NCBI GenBank assembly: GCA_963721455.1
Contig: CAVRJG010000056.1
Span: forward strand, 32,001 to 96,000
Source of the DNA: an uncultured Methanosarcinaceae archaeon
GTDB lineage: Archaea > Halobacteriota > Methanosarcinia > Methanosarcinales > Methanosarcinaceae
Direction of reading: 5' to 3'
Length of the DNA stretch: 64,000 nt
The translations under genes and the position numbers were made by a program. The notes below the pieces were generated by a model. That model saw only the letters and a list, made by a program, of their open reading frames with translations, was not told the DNA's origin and did no database searches. Of the stretch, positions 11,649-23,763 are shown piece after piece (within the stretch, counting starts at the first letter, position 1; every line of letters begins with the position of its first letter).

Positions 11649-13841
11649 ATGGGACGAAGGAAGAAAATGGTCGAGCGCGTAACGACGCTCATGAAGGAAC
11701 CCACAAAAATCCGAAATATCGGTATCGTTGCTCACATTGACCACGGAAAAACTACATTATCGGACAACCTGTTAGCAGGCGCCGGCATGATTTCAAAGGA
11801 ACTTGCAGGCAGACAGCTATTCATGGACTCCGATGAAGAGGAACAGGCAAGAGGTATTACGATCGATGCCTCTAACGTTTCCATGGTTCACACTTACAAT
11901 AATGAAGACTACCTGATCAATCTGATTGACACCCCCGGGCACGTTGACTTTGGTGGAGACGTTACCCGTGCCATGAGGGCGGTGGATGGCGCAGTCGTGG
12001 TCGTGGATGCAGTAGAAGGCACGATGCCCCAGACCGAAACCGTACTCAGGCAGGCCCTGAGAGAACACGTCAGGCCCGTGCTTTTTGTGAACAAGGTAGA
12101 CAGGTTGATCAATGAGTTGCAGGTTGATTCTCAGGAAATGCAGGTTCGCCTTGGCAAAGTAATTGACCACGTGAACAAGCTCATCAAGAACATGAACCCG
12201 GAGAAGTTCAAGGCAGGCTGGAAAGTCGATGCTTCAGCCGGAACTGTAGCTTTCGGATCAGCTCTTTACAACTGGGCTATCAGTGTGCCTATGATGAAGA
12301 AGACCGGGATCTCCTTTAAGGACGTATATGACTATTGTAAGGTAGAGGACATGAAGTCTCTGGCAGAAAAGTGTCCCCTGCACGCAACTGTCCTTGATAT
12401 GGTCATCACGTACCTGCCAAACCCTCTTGACGCCCAGAAGGGAAGGGTACCTGCTATCTGGCACGGAGATCCTAACTCTGAAATTGGCAAATCAATGGCC
12501 ACTGCAAATGCAGCCGGCGACCTTGCTTTCATGGTAACGGATATTTCCGTAGATCCTCATGCAGGAGAAGTCGCAACCGGAAGGCTGTTCAGCGGATCTC
12601 TTACCCGTGGAATGGAAGTTTACACATCAGGGACTGCAAAAAAGAGCAGAGTCCAGCAGGTAGGCATCTTCATGGGTCCCGAAAGGCTCGAAGTGGAGAT
12701 AATCCCTGCAGGAAACATTGCTGCAGTTACGGGCTTAAAAGATGCAATCGTAGGGTCCACAGTTACAACCCTTGAGGATATGATACCTTTCGAAAGCATC
12801 AGGCACGTAAGCGAACCTGTGGTGACTGTGGCTGTGGAAGCCAAGCACACCAAAGATCTGCCCAAACTAATCGAGGTTCTCAGACAGGTTGCAAAGGAAG
12901 ACCCAACTCTTCAGATTACTCTGGACGAGGAAACCGGGGAACACCTGATGGCAGGTATGGGAGAACTTCACCTGGAAGTTATCGCCCACAGGATCCAGAG
13001 AGATAAGAATGTGGAAATCACCACAAGTAAGCCAATTGTAGTTTACAGGGAAACCATCAAGAGAAAGATCGAGCCTGTAGAAGGAAAGTCCCCTAACAGG
13101 CACAACAGGTTCTATATTTATGTGGAACCCCTTGACACTGCAATTGTCGATCTGATCAAGTCCGGCGATATCAGCATGAACCTGCCTGAGCTTGAGCGCA
13201 GACAGAAACTCATGGAACTCGGCATGGGAAAAGAAGAAGCTAAAGGCATTGCTGGCATCCATAATTCCAACATCTTTATAGACATGACCAAGGGTATCCA
13301 GTACCTTAACGAGACAATGGAACTGGTACTTGATGGGTTTGAAGAAGTCATGAAGGCAGGCCCCCTTACAAGGGAACCTGTGGCAAACGTGAAGTGCGTG
13401 CTTGTAGATGCAAAACTTCACGAAGACGCAATTCACAGAGGTCCGGCCCAGGTTATCCCCGCAGCAAGGCAGGCCATCCAGGCAGGGATGCTTATGGCAG
13501 AAGACAGCCTTCTCGAACCTTATCAGAAGGTCTTTGTCCAGGTGCCCCAGCTCACAATGGGCGGTGCAACAAAGGAACTGCAGGGACGCCGCGGAGTTAT
13601 CCTTAACATGACTACTGAAGGAGACCTGGCAATTATCGAGGCCAGGGTGCCTGTGGCTGAGCTGTTTGGATTTGCAGGAGAGATCAGGTCCGCAACCGAA
13701 GGACGTGCTATGTGGAGTACTGAATTCGGAGGCTTTGATATTGTGCCATCCAGTATCCAGACTGAAGTAGTAGGCCAGATCAGAGAGAGGAAAGGCCTCA
13801 AGAAAGACCTTCCCAAGGTTGCTGACTACCTTTCAATGTAA
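11649..13841 (+). CDS. fusA: Elongation factor 2 (aEF-2)
   Basis: [26 protein letters not shown], diphthamide loop [12 protein letters not shown]. Confidence 0.98.
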   Translation: MGRRKKMVERVTTLMKEPTKIRNIGIVAHIDHGKTTLSDNLLAGAGMISKELAGRQLFMDSDEEEQARGITIDASNVSMVHTYNNEDYLINLIDTPGHVDFGGDVTRAMRAVDGAVVVVDAVEGTMPQTETVLRQALREHVRPVLFVNKVDRLINELQVDSQEMQVRLGKVIDHVNKLIKNMNPEKFKAGWKVDASAGTVAFGSALYNWAISVPMMKKTGISFKDVYDYCKVEDMKSLAEKCPLHATVLDMVITYLPNPLDAQKGRVPAIWHGDPNSEIGKSMATANAAGDLAFMVTDISVDPHAGEVATGRLFSGSLTRGMEVYTSGTAKKSRVQQVGIFMGPERLEVEIIPAGNIAAVTGLKDAIVGSTVTTLEDMIPFESIRHVSEPVVTVAVEAKHTKDLPKLIEVLRQVAKEDPTLQITLDEETGEHLMAGMGELHLEVIAHRIQRDKNVEITTSKPIVVYRETIKRKIEPVEGKSPNRHNRFYIYVEPLDTAIVDLIKSGDISMNLPELERRQKLMELGMGKEEAKGIAGIHNSNIFIDMTKGIQYLNETMELVLDGFEEVMKAGPLTREPVANVKCVLVDAKLHEDAIHRGPAQVIPAARQAIQAGMLMAEDSLLEPYQKVFVQVPQLTMGGATKELQGRRGVILNMTTEGDLAIIEARVPVAELFGFAGEIRSATEGRAMWSTEFGGFDIVPSSIQTEVVGQIRERKGLKKDLPKVADYLSM

Positions 13842-13866
13842 GCGGGATTTTTTTCCGCTTTTCCTT
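13840..13866 (+). terminator. Hairpin plus T-rich tract after EF-2
   Basis: AAGCGGGA-TTTT-TTCCGCTT followed by TTCCTT. Confidence 0.5.
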
Positions 13867-14198
13867 AATATTTTTAAGGTAATACCTGTTTCCTTTGGAA
13901 TGAAAAAAAGATCTCGACTGACCTGGAAGGGAAGAGAATCCCTATCGGTTCGAGGATACGTCCGATCGGAAAGCTTTAAGACAAGGTATGCCTATATTGG
14001 GGAAAAACAGTCCAGGTCGCTGGATATTAATACAGTACCGGTTCAAGAAAAAAGTCCGGAAAAGGGAAATTAACAATATTGATTTGATAAAAGAATATAG
14101 AAATGGATGAATCAATATTGAGATCTGCCCTAATCTTAATATAGTAAATATTTGATATACGAATTAAACTCATCCAGAATTACAGGAGAATTATAAAT

Positions 14199-15814
<1,616 letters not shown>

Positions 15815-15972
15815 ATGCAAAAAAAAGACAGGTTACAGAAACCCTCTGTACCTGGTCTTGCAAACTTATTTTTCATTTCTTTCGCCGGCGGCCGTCAATT
15901 CAGACGTTCTCACCGCCAGGCATCTCTGCAATTTTAATCTCCTCTTGAAGCTTTTTACGGTATTATCTACCT

Positions 15973-17463
15973 TTAAAAACGGCGTTCTACAGTGTAAGAA
16001 ACAATCTTCGTGCCTTTTGCAGGGACCATCACGCTGAATTCAATGGTAAAGGCATCAGTTTTTTCGTAGCTGTCCGAGCTTTTCAGAATTTCCGATTCTC
16101 CGGAAAGATGTTCCACGATAGTGACGTTCTGGGAATCAGGTTTACTGTTATTAAGCTTGATCTCATAGCTGGCCCTGTCTACATTATCACTTATGCGCTG
16201 GTAATCGGTATCGTTCCGCTTAACAGTCAGGTCAAAAGATGAGCCGACAGCCACTCTTAATTCTCCGGCTTCGGGAGTATGCTTTATCCGGTCTTCCCCG
16301 AGAAACTGAAGCCCTCCTGAAGAATCAGCTTTATAAATTCTCACGACTCCTTTTGGAAGAGGCATCCCAAGCCCGCTTTCGTTTGAGTTTTCAAGAGTAA
16401 GGTAAGCCAGGACTTTCTCGCCCAGATAACTGTCGTAGATGAGCTTCTTTTCCATAGGGACGGAATCTGCAGACAGAAGGGAGATCTGTTTTGCCTGATT
16501 ATTTTCCAGGGTTGCCGGTTTTTCAAGGGTATAAAGATGATACTCAAAAAGCGCTTCTTCGGCAAAGGGCGTTTGTGAGACAGCTTGATCAGCCACAGTT
16601 TTTTCTTCGGCCCTCCCGAGCATGGGTCGGGAAACACGGTTTATTTGCCCTGAAACCAGTTTCAGAACTGCGTTTTCATAGGTCATCCCTGCTTTGTTGT
16701 CGATGTTCACCCAGCCCCGAATATCTGCTTTCGTATCATCCGCATTGCTTATGAGGACATAAGCCGCTTCCCAACTGATACCGCTCGTCAGGTAGGAAAC
16801 TAGAAGCTGTCGTGTTCCGGAAACCGGAGAATAAATCTGCCAGATGAGAGCAGGTTTCGCCGAGAGCCCGGAGGAGTCTGCCAGTTCTATTTTTGAGAAA
16901 TCCTTAAGTACCACAACTTTTTTTGCTTCAGTCTCAAGGACAACACTGCTGCCTTCATGGCTCAGCAGCGTACCTGTGTAAGTTTCACCGTTTCGGTCAG
17001 TTACGTTGACTTCCCTGCCAAGGTATTTCCCAAGCAAACCGGCGCTGTTCAAAAGATCGTATTCATAATTCTGTTCAAGCAGGACGGTGTCCTTATTTTC
17101 AGGGTCCCCGATTATAACGGACGTCGGGTCAATTCCGGAAGCAATATCAGTATATTCGACCTGATTGACTCCACTCTTCAGCTCGAGTTCCCGCTTTTCT
17201 TTCACAAGGGAAATTCCCTGTTCATAAACAGTAATTTCAAGGTCCCCCACGGCCTTAACCGCTTCCGGGATCAAATTCTCTGAGGCGTCTGCAGGTTTTA
17301 TTCCCGCATCAATACTCGGGCTTGAATTAATCCCGCTCGTATTATTTCCGGGTTCGTATTTCTGAGCCATAGCCCCCGTGTTTTGGGGGATGCAGGCTGA
17401 AAAAAACAGTATAACCCCGATGAATCCCAATATAAGCCAGAAGAAATGCTTCTTTACTCCCAT
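15973..17463 (-). CDS. DUF4139/DUF4140-family secreted or lipid-anchored protein
   Basis: Signal peptide with lipobox-like FSAC; LEITVYEQGISLVKE, SYLTSGISW, GLGMPLPKGVVRIY, FLGEDRIKHTP. Confidence 0.8.
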   Translation of the reverse strand: MGVKKHFFWLILGFIGVILFFSACIPQNTGAMAQKYEPGNNTSGINSSPSIDAGIKPADASENLIPEAVKAVGDLEITVYEQGISLVKEKRELELKSGVNQVEYTDIASGIDPTSVIIGDPENKDTVLLEQNYEYDLLNSAGLLGKYLGREVNVTDRNGETYTGTLLSHEGSSVVLETEAKKVVVLKDFSKIELADSSGLSAKPALIWQIYSPVSGTRQLLVSYLTSGISWEAAYVLISNADDTKADIRGWVNIDNKAGMTYENAVLKLVSGQINRVSRPMLGRAEEKTVADQAVSQTPFAEEALFEYHLYTLEKPATLENNQAKQISLLSADSVPMEKKLIYDSYLGEKVLAYLTLENSNESGLGMPLPKGVVRIYKADSSGGLQFLGEDRIKHTPEAGELRVAVGSSFDLTVKRNDTDYQRISDNVDRASYEIKLNNSKPDSQNVTIVEHLSGESEILKSSDSYEKTDAFTIEFSVMVPAKGTKIVSYTVERRF

Positions 17464-17712
17464 ACTATTTTACTCCCATACTATTAATGTAGTTCAAATT
17501 TATATATATAATTTTATTGAGAATTCAGGAAAAGTTGTATCTGAAAAAGGGCTCGAATCTCAGGAAGAAGGTATGAAACAGGTCCACTTTATAAAAAACA
17601 AAAAAATTAAAATAGAGAATCTTACAGGTGTGATAATACCGCATATACCTTAATTGGAGGTATCCTCTTTTGCAGGCACCCGAAAAATCAGTATAAGGTA
17701 AAGGACCTGTTT

Positions 17713-18075
17713 TTACTTTAGCAGTTTCAATGCGTCCCTGCAGGCTGCTACAGCAGGTGCACCCGAAGTTATGAATATGACATCCATTACTTCCATTATT
17801 TCTTCTTTGGTAGCACCGTTTTTGAGTGCACTTTGCATCTGCACGACAGTACACCTTTCGCACTGTTTGGATGCAACAACTGCAAGAGCTATCAGGATCT
17901 TCACCTTTGCAGGCAGGGCTCCATCTGACAGTAATTTGTTATTGCACCTGTTATATCTTTTAAGGGATTCACTGTCAAGCTCCCCGATAATTTCAAGAAT
18001 ATGCGGAGTAAAGCCCAGTTTATCACTCATGCTTTCAAGCAATTCTTTAGGTTCCAGATGTTTATGTTCTTCCAT
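17713..18075 (-). CDS. Carboxymuconolactone decarboxylase/AhpD-family protein
   Basis: [15 protein letters not shown]...QCERC (CxxC)...[14 protein letters not shown]. Confidence 0.88.
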   Translation of the reverse strand: MEEHKHLEPKELLESMSDKLGFTPHILEIIGELDSESLKRYNRCNNKLLSDGALPAKVKILIALAVVASKQCERCTVVQMQSALKNGATKEEIMEVMDVIFITSGAPAVAACRDALKLLK

Positions 18076-18230
18076 ATTTAATAACCCCCGATTGTAGTTA
18101 TATTAGTATTAATATCATTATGCATAATATTTATCTATTCCTGATAATCCGAAAACCACTCTGAGAAAAGAGTAAGCCGAAAATAACAAAAAGAATGAAA
18201 CCAATTTTAAATAAGTAATTGGGGGATCAG

Positions 18231-18785
18231 ATGAAACCGACGGATGACTTGAGAGAAGAGCACAGGGCTGTCAAGCTGATGCTGAGAATCCTCGGCGGCG
18301 TATGTACAAATATAGAGACTGGGAGAAGTGTAAAACAGGAACACCTTGAGGAACTCGTAGAATTTATGAGAGTATTTGTTGATAGATGCCATCACACAAA
18401 AGAAGAGGCTTACCTTTTCCCTGAAATGGAGAAATCAGAAATTTCAGGTTCGAGAGAGATGCTAATTTCCCTTAAAAATGAGCATGAAGAGGGAAGGCAT
18501 TATGTCAGCAGAATTGAAAAGGTAGTCTCCGAAAAAGAAGAACACAGGGAATTACCGACTATGGTTGAGAACTCAAGAGCCTATATTCAACTTCTGACCC
18601 TGCATATTGACAAAGAGGAAAATAACCTTTTCCCGATGGCTGATGCCTATCTCTCACAGGCTGTCCAGAAAGATTTGCTTGAGTCTTTTGAAGCTGTGGA
18701 AACTGAAATAATAGGCATGGGGAAGCATGAGAAGTTCCACAAGCAGCTGCACACCATGGGAGAAATCTACGCAAAACCCGAGTAA
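18231..18785 (+). CDS. Hemerythrin (HHE) domain protein
   Basis: LREEH, HHTKEEAYLFP, EHEEGR, HIDKEENNLFP iron-ligand pattern. Confidence 0.9.
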   Translation: MKPTDDLREEHRAVKLMLRILGGVCTNIETGRSVKQEHLEELVEFMRVFVDRCHHTKEEAYLFPEMEKSEISGSREMLISLKNEHEEGRHYVSRIEKVVSEKEEHRELPTMVENSRAYIQLLTLHIDKEENNLFPMADAYLSQAVQKDLLESFEAVETEIIGMGKHEKFHKQLHTMGEIYAKPE

Positions 18786-18827
18786 ACGTGCAAAGGTAGA
18801 GAGTGCGGACCTACATTATGTTTTTCA

Positions 18828-18920
18828 TCCCGAGTTCCGCTTCCCGAATTGCGCCTCGCCCGAATTGCGCCTCGGGAGTACGCGGTCCGTTTCGCTCGCT
18901 TCGCTTGCTCAAGCGGACTA
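18828..18920. repeat. GC-rich palindromic intergenic element with an internal 16-bp tandem duplication
   Basis: CCCGAATTGCGCCTCG x2 (18843, 18859); TCCCGAG/CTCGGGA stem; GTCCGTTT...AAGCGGAC hairpin around (TCGC)n. Confidence 0.65.
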
Positions 18921-18968
18921 TTTTTTGGGGAAGAAGTTTAAAACTATTTTTTAAAGATATTCGAGGGA

Positions 18969-19337
18969 TTAACCATGAATCAGCGTGGGGAGGCAGCGGG
19001 TACAGACCCAGAGACTCTCCATTTTGTGCCGGATGGGAAGGAGGTAGTGGGTATTTTCTCCGGCTCCGCAGGTGAAGCAGCGAATGGAGAGGTCTTTTTG
19101 TTTGGGCTGGGCTTCTGCTTTTTCTCGATTGAATTCGATGGTGTATCTTTCCTCAATTGAGATTGCGCCTTCGGGACAGATGCCGAGGCAAAAGCCCATA
19201 CCGTCACAGAGTTCTTCGGATACGACCTTCGCTTTTCCGTTAATGATTTGAATAGCACCTTCGGCGCAGGGTGCGACGCATTTTCCGCAGCCTGTGCATT
19301 TTTCTTCGTCAATTTTCACTATCATTCGTTTTACCAT
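18969..19337 (-). CDS. 2[4Fe-4S] ferredoxin with C-terminal CxxC...CxxC zinc-ribbon-like extension
   Basis: CTGCGKCVAPC and CDGMGFCLGIC; C-terminal CFTC...CTRC. Confidence 0.9.
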   Translation of the reverse strand: MVKRMIVKIDEEKCTGCGKCVAPCAEGAIQIINGKAKVVSEELCDGMGFCLGICPEGAISIEERYTIEFNREKAEAQPKQKDLSIRCFTCGAGENTHYLLPIRHKMESLWVCTRCLPTLIHG

Positions 19338-19410
19338 GAAACCGACCCCCCTTCAAGATCGAATGCCGTTAAAAATTATTTTATTTATATGTGCAGCGAA
19401 CTGCCAGAAA

Positions 19411-19866
19411 TCAGATGTCGCTCAGCAATAGCTTCATTCGGAGGTCCGGCAAATAACCCTCTCTATGCAGCATTCTTTTATAATCGTTGATTACTTTGCA
19501 CATTTTGCAAGTATACTTTACAAAGTCAGTCCCTGTTTCTCCTTTGAATAACAATTTTTCAGCTTTTTCCAGAAGATCCGGATAAATAAGGACAAGTTCT
19601 TCTTTAGTGTGCAGAAACAGGGCTGAAAAATCCCTGTGAATGCTCATGCTTCTCTGTAGCAGTTCCAGATCTAAGGTATTTTCAGAGATATAGTCCTTGA
19701 ATTTCGTATAAGTATAAAAGTTTGCAATATTAAGATTTAAGGAATTTAAAATTGAATAGAGTATATTGCCTGTTTTCGGAAGGGGAATATTCCGAAGTTC
19801 AGGGTCTGCACCTTCGTAATTCTTATTTTCTTCTATATTCCGGTCCTGGATTATATCATCGTTCAT
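19411..19866 (-). CDS. Hypothetical protein (AT-rich orphan)
   Basis: ~151-aa ORF in line with neighbours; no motif recognised. Confidence 0.55.
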   Translation of the reverse strand: MNDDIIQDRNIEENKNYEGADPELRNIPLPKTGNILYSILNSLNLNIANFYTYTKFKDYISENTLDLELLQRSMSIHRDFSALFLHTKEELVLIYPDLLEKAEKLLFKGETGTDFVKYTCKMCKVINDYKRMLHREGYLPDLRMKLLLSDI

Positions 19867-20055
19867 TTTATCGACCTGGCATATTAGCAAGTTATATCTG
19901 CAAGTTGTATTTTCACTACGAACTAAAATTTCGGCCGTTCCCCGTTAGCTGATTGATATTTCTTTATGAATATTCCTTTCATTTAAATATGCTTTCTAAA
20001 CGCTCCGAATGAGAGGCAGGATGCAATTATGTGAACGACCTGAAAAAATCTCAAC

Positions 20056-20472
20056 TTATGGTGCAGGAAAAATCCCTAGCTGCTGCATCAGACCAAGAAG
20101 GTTAGCTTCACCCCACAGCTCAATAATCTTACCGTCCTTAATGCGGAAGATCTCTATACCAGTCATGGTTATTGGCTTCCCTGTAGCCGGTAGACCCATA
20201 AAATCGCCTTTATGTATACCATGAGCTGTGAAACGAGCAGCCACATTATTACCCTCGGCAATCATATCCTCAATTGTAACATTAAGGTGCTCAAAGGCTG
20301 CCCTGCACGTGATAATTACTTCATGTATCCCCTCGATTCCTGGAGACACAGGAAGAGGAACATGAAGGGTGAAGTCAGGTGACAGCAGCTCATCAGCAAT
20401 ACTCAGATTACCTTTAGAGGGCCCTTCCTCAAAGAATCGTCGAACTATTGCTTTGTTCTCTTCTGTAGACAT
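20056..20472 (-). CDS. SnoaL-like ester cyclase family protein
   Basis: EENKAIVRRF, IEDMIAEGNNVAARFT, GIHKGDFMGLPATGKPI. Confidence 0.92.
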   Translation of the reverse strand: MSTEENKAIVRRFFEEGPSKGNLSIADELLSPDFTLHVPLPVSPGIEGIHEVIITCRAAFEHLNVTIEDMIAEGNNVAARFTAHGIHKGDFMGLPATGKPITMTGIEIFRIKDGKIIELWGEANLLGLMQQLGIFPAP

Positions 20473-20553
20473 GTTTTCCTCATTTGTGCTTCTATCGGCC
20501 CTATTTTTGACCTCTTCGTTGACGATATGTGTCTTTGAAGTGAATCTGTAGTC

Positions 20554-20898
20554 TCAGTGGTGAGTGCCTTCCACAATTTCTATTCCCGCATCCTGGATTG
20601 TCTTTTTGATGCTATCCAGATTGGGGCACTTAGGATAAGTGTTCTCCATAAGCATGCAGGAACTGAGGTGTACGGCATCCAGACCATGCTTTTTCAGGGC
20701 ATTTACCAGACGGTATACTCTCCTGCCAGAGCAGCCTCCGCATGTGAAAAAGGCTATTATCTGGGTGTCTGTACCGTATGCCTCAAAGCAGGACTTTCTT
20801 TCGTTGAAAGCTTTAAAGCAGCCCACTCCAGGGCAAGTCTCCGAGACCAGGTCACAGCGGACGACAGCTATTTTGTGGGATTTTGTTTTTTCAGTCAT
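20554..20898 (-). CDS. CGGC domain protein (Cys-rich, predicted metal/Fe-S binding)
   Basis: CPGVGC, FFTCGGC, VHLSSC, CP, VEGTH; ATG 20898. Confidence 0.9.
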   Translation of the reverse strand: MTEKTKSHKIAVVRCDLVSETCPGVGCFKAFNERKSCFEAYGTDTQIIAFFTCGGCSGRRVYRLVNALKKHGLDAVHLSSCMLMENTYPKCPNLDSIKKTIQDAGIEIVEGTHH

Positions 20899-20929
20899 GC
20901 TTGCACAATCCAGTTTACCTGATCCGGTT

Positions 20930-21268
20930 TTACAGCAGGCGTGTGGATTCGGTTTGCCTTGGAACTTTAATAACAAGCACCCTGAAGACCCCATCTCCGG
21001 GATTCAGAAGGCGGTGAGGGACCTTTGCAGGACTCTCGATCAGCATATCCCTGCTGACTTCCTGAGTTTCGTCTCCGACCTCAACAACGCCTTTGCCTTC
21101 AAGAATGTAGAAAAAGACATCCGTGGGGGTGACATGCTTTTTTAAGGCTTCCCCTGGTTTGAGTTCTATGTGCACTGCCTGGGCATGTTCGGTGTCATAG
21201 AGCATCCGGACGCTCACATTATGAGGGTTCGGCTTTTCAGGTGAAGATTTCATCTCGGTAACTTTCAT
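20930..21268 (-). CDS. Cupin domain protein
   Basis: LKPGEALKKH...FYILEGKG...PAKVPH. Confidence 0.9.
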   Translation of the reverse strand: MKVTEMKSSPEKPNPHNVSVRMLYDTEHAQAVHIELKPGEALKKHVTPTDVFFYILEGKGVVEVGDETQEVSRDMLIESPAKVPHRLLNPGDGVFRVLVIKVPRQTESTRLL

Positions 21269-21585
21269 ATTATTCTCCCCTTTTGACCACAAATTTCGTA
21301 TTTGTCAGCATTATGCCGGTATAATTTATAAGTATTTTTAGATTAATTTTTACCTGCTTTTTTTATACTGTATATTCCATTCTGTACATTCCATTCTGAT
21401 ATCCATCCCATATATGCCCGATCAGTACAAATTTTTCCATTACCTCTGAGAGCCATTATTAACTTTAACCCCTGAAAACCCGGATTTTATTGGGGTTGAG
21501 GGTTTACAGGAGGAAACGTATTAAACGGGAGCATATCAGGAGCATATGGGACTGAATCAGGAGAATGGGGCTGAAAGTGTATGTT

Positions 21586-22245
21586 TTACAGCCCTACCTG
21601 GGTTTTGAAATTATCAAGGCCCGTATCTTCAATGAACTTTCCCAGCCTCTTTTTCGTACCTGAGCTTTTGTAGAAATTAAGGATCCTATCGACCGTTTCA
21701 AGAACTTCCTCTTCGGATAATTCCTTTGCGACAACCTCGGCAAGTCTTGGCGTCGCGGCCGCCGAGCCTCCGACCATCAGGGTGTATCCTCTGGCAGTGC
21801 CCATTACCCCTATGTCCTTGATAGCAGGTTCAGCGCAGGAATTCGGGCAGCCGGAAACAGCCATCTTTAGCTTTGAAGGCATTGGCATTCCGTGATATTT
21901 CTCATCCAGTTTCAAGCCAAGACTTACAGCATCCTGCTTTCCCTGCTTGCAGAAAGTTGTCCCCGGGCAGAATTTCACGCTTCTTACGCAAAGCCCTATA
22001 GCTGCTCCTGGTTTTATATCAAGCTCAGCCCACACATTATCAAGGTCTTCTTCTTTCAGGCCCACTATTGCAATCCTCTGGGCAGAAGTCATCTTGAGGG
22101 CCGCAGCTCCGTACTTTTCCGCAACATCAGCAATTCTTCTGAGGGTTGTCGGGTCCACAATTCCTCCGGGAAGGTGGGGGGCTATTGCGTAGGTCTCACG
22201 GTCTCTCTGAACGATTGCGCCTTTTTCCGGTAAGTTGTCTTTCAT
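21586..22245 (-). CDS. Small nitrite/sulfite reductase-like protein (single ferredoxin-like half plus 4Fe-4S/siroheme domain)
   Basis: KMTSAQRI, VKFCPGTTFC, KMAVSGCPNSCAEP, DIGVMG. Confidence 0.88.
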   Translation of the reverse strand: MKDNLPEKGAIVQRDRETYAIAPHLPGGIVDPTTLRRIADVAEKYGAAALKMTSAQRIAIVGLKEEDLDNVWAELDIKPGAAIGLCVRSVKFCPGTTFCKQGKQDAVSLGLKLDEKYHGMPMPSKLKMAVSGCPNSCAEPAIKDIGVMGTARGYTLMVGGSAAATPRLAEVVAKELSEEEVLETVDRILNFYKSSGTKKRLGKFIEDTGLDNFKTQVGL

Positions 22246-22423
22246 GGTTGATCCCTTGCTCCAAATTTTCTGGATTTCACTGTATGAGATTACATGGCAG
22301 TCCTGACAGAACTCAGACAGAGTTTCTCAGTCATAAACTGCTTTTGACTCTTTTTTGCCCGATACAGGGAAATTTTCAGAGTATATTTTTGTAATTAAGT
22401 TTTATAAATTACATATTATAATA

Positions 22424-22456
22424 GTATCCTTTTGATACCAGTATATTAGAGATACT
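22424..22456. promoter_or_regulatory. Tandem palindromic operator GTATC-N5-GATAC / GTATA-N5-GATAC
   Basis: 22424-22438 and 22441-22455, between divergent genes and next to TTTATATA. Confidence 0.6.
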
Positions 22457-22490
22457 AATTTATATATCAGCCAGTTTCTATGTTTATACT

Positions 22491-22847
22491 ATGAAAGACT
22501 GCACAGTCTACAAAACTATGAATATCATCGGAAAAAGATGGACAATCCATATCCTCCTGGAGTTGCACAAAGGGGAAAAGAAAGAAAAACGCTTTAACGA
22601 GCTGAAAAGGAAACTCGGATACATAACCCCGAAAATACTCTCTGAGAGGCTGACGGAACTGGAAACTGAGGGTCTGATTGAAAAAAAGGTTGATGACTCG
22701 ACAAATCCCCCAAAATCCGAGTATTACCTTACCGAAAGTGGAGTGGATTTCGTGAAGATAATACAGGCTATTAAACGCTGGGGGTTGAAGTGGAAGTTTC
22801 AGAATGAAGAGTGCGAAAAGGCCATTTGCATGTACTGTGACCACTGA
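22491..22847 (+). CDS. HxlR/DUF24-family winged-helix regulator
   Basis: C4...IIGKRWTIHIL, RFNELKR, ITPKILSERLTELE, PPKSEYYLT; Cys-rich C-terminus. Confidence 0.93.
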   Translation: MKDCTVYKTMNIIGKRWTIHILLELHKGEKKEKRFNELKRKLGYITPKILSERLTELETEGLIEKKVDDSTNPPKSEYYLTESGVDFVKIIQAIKRWGLKWKFQNEECEKAICMYCDH

Positions 22848-23170
22848 GTTTCAGTGGTCATAGAAAATGAGATGAGTTCGAACCACTTAAAACACAATAA
22901 AGGAAACAGGGACATCGTTTTTTTTCAGTGCTCTCCGTGTTTTCTATGGTTGTGGAGTTTGTCCTGAGTTTTCCTTAACTTTTGGTGTTTTCCGTGTCTT
23001 CTTTCTTTTCTGAAGTTATCTTGACATTGTCAAATTAACTCTTATTTGGAGCTGTTACTACTATTTCTTCCAAATGATTTACGGAATAGCCTGCATGTTT
23101 GGAGTATTCCTGTACGGACACAAGGGTTTAGGGGCTGCCCCCTTCTGTCCCTGTCTCCTCTGTTTCTCAG

Positions 23171-23509
23171 TCATTTTTTACCAATCCTTATGCAATTCCC
23201 ATTCTCATAATATCCCAAATAATTATTACAGTCATCATATAAAGGGAAACAGTTTTCAGAAATAAATCTCCATTCCGGCCTAGAGGGTTCGTTTTTCTCT
23301 CCTAAAATAGGTATCAAATCATTATCCCATTCCCCATTTCGCACATCGAACACTTTAATATATTTATTAATCACCGGAGATTCGTTTCCTTTTCTAGCAT
23401 TGATAATTTGATCGTATTCTTCCTTAGTTTCTGGAAGCCTGTTAATATTTACGATTCCATCGTTTCCAATTGTAACGCCAAACATTTTCTTTTCACCTTC
23501 ACCTATCAT
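23171..23509 (-). CDS. Hypothetical protein (orphan)
   Basis: 104-112 aa ORF; GGTGAAGG precedes a second ATG; no family recognised. Confidence 0.55.
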   Translation of the reverse strand: MIGEGEKKMFGVTIGNDGIVNINRLPETKEEYDQIINARKGNESPVINKYIKVFDVRNGEWDNDLIPILGEKNEPSRPEWRFISENCFPLYDDCNNYLGYYENGNCIRIGKK

Positions 23510-23763
23510 TCAGGAGCACAAACAAAAGACTTTCGGAGAAAGGGTATTTTTGCCCAACCCCTCCAAAAGGTATATTAAGAGTATTTTCGCCCATCCAACG
23601 AGAAGGAGATTTAAGAAAATGAGTTGATGATGTTTTATCCCTGTAATGTGACATAGTCAAGTTATAGAACCGAAGTTTATTAAGTGTAAATATTTAAGCT
23701 CGGAACTATAATCTGCATATGATCTATCTGCATAGGATCTACAGATAATCCGGGAGGCTATCG

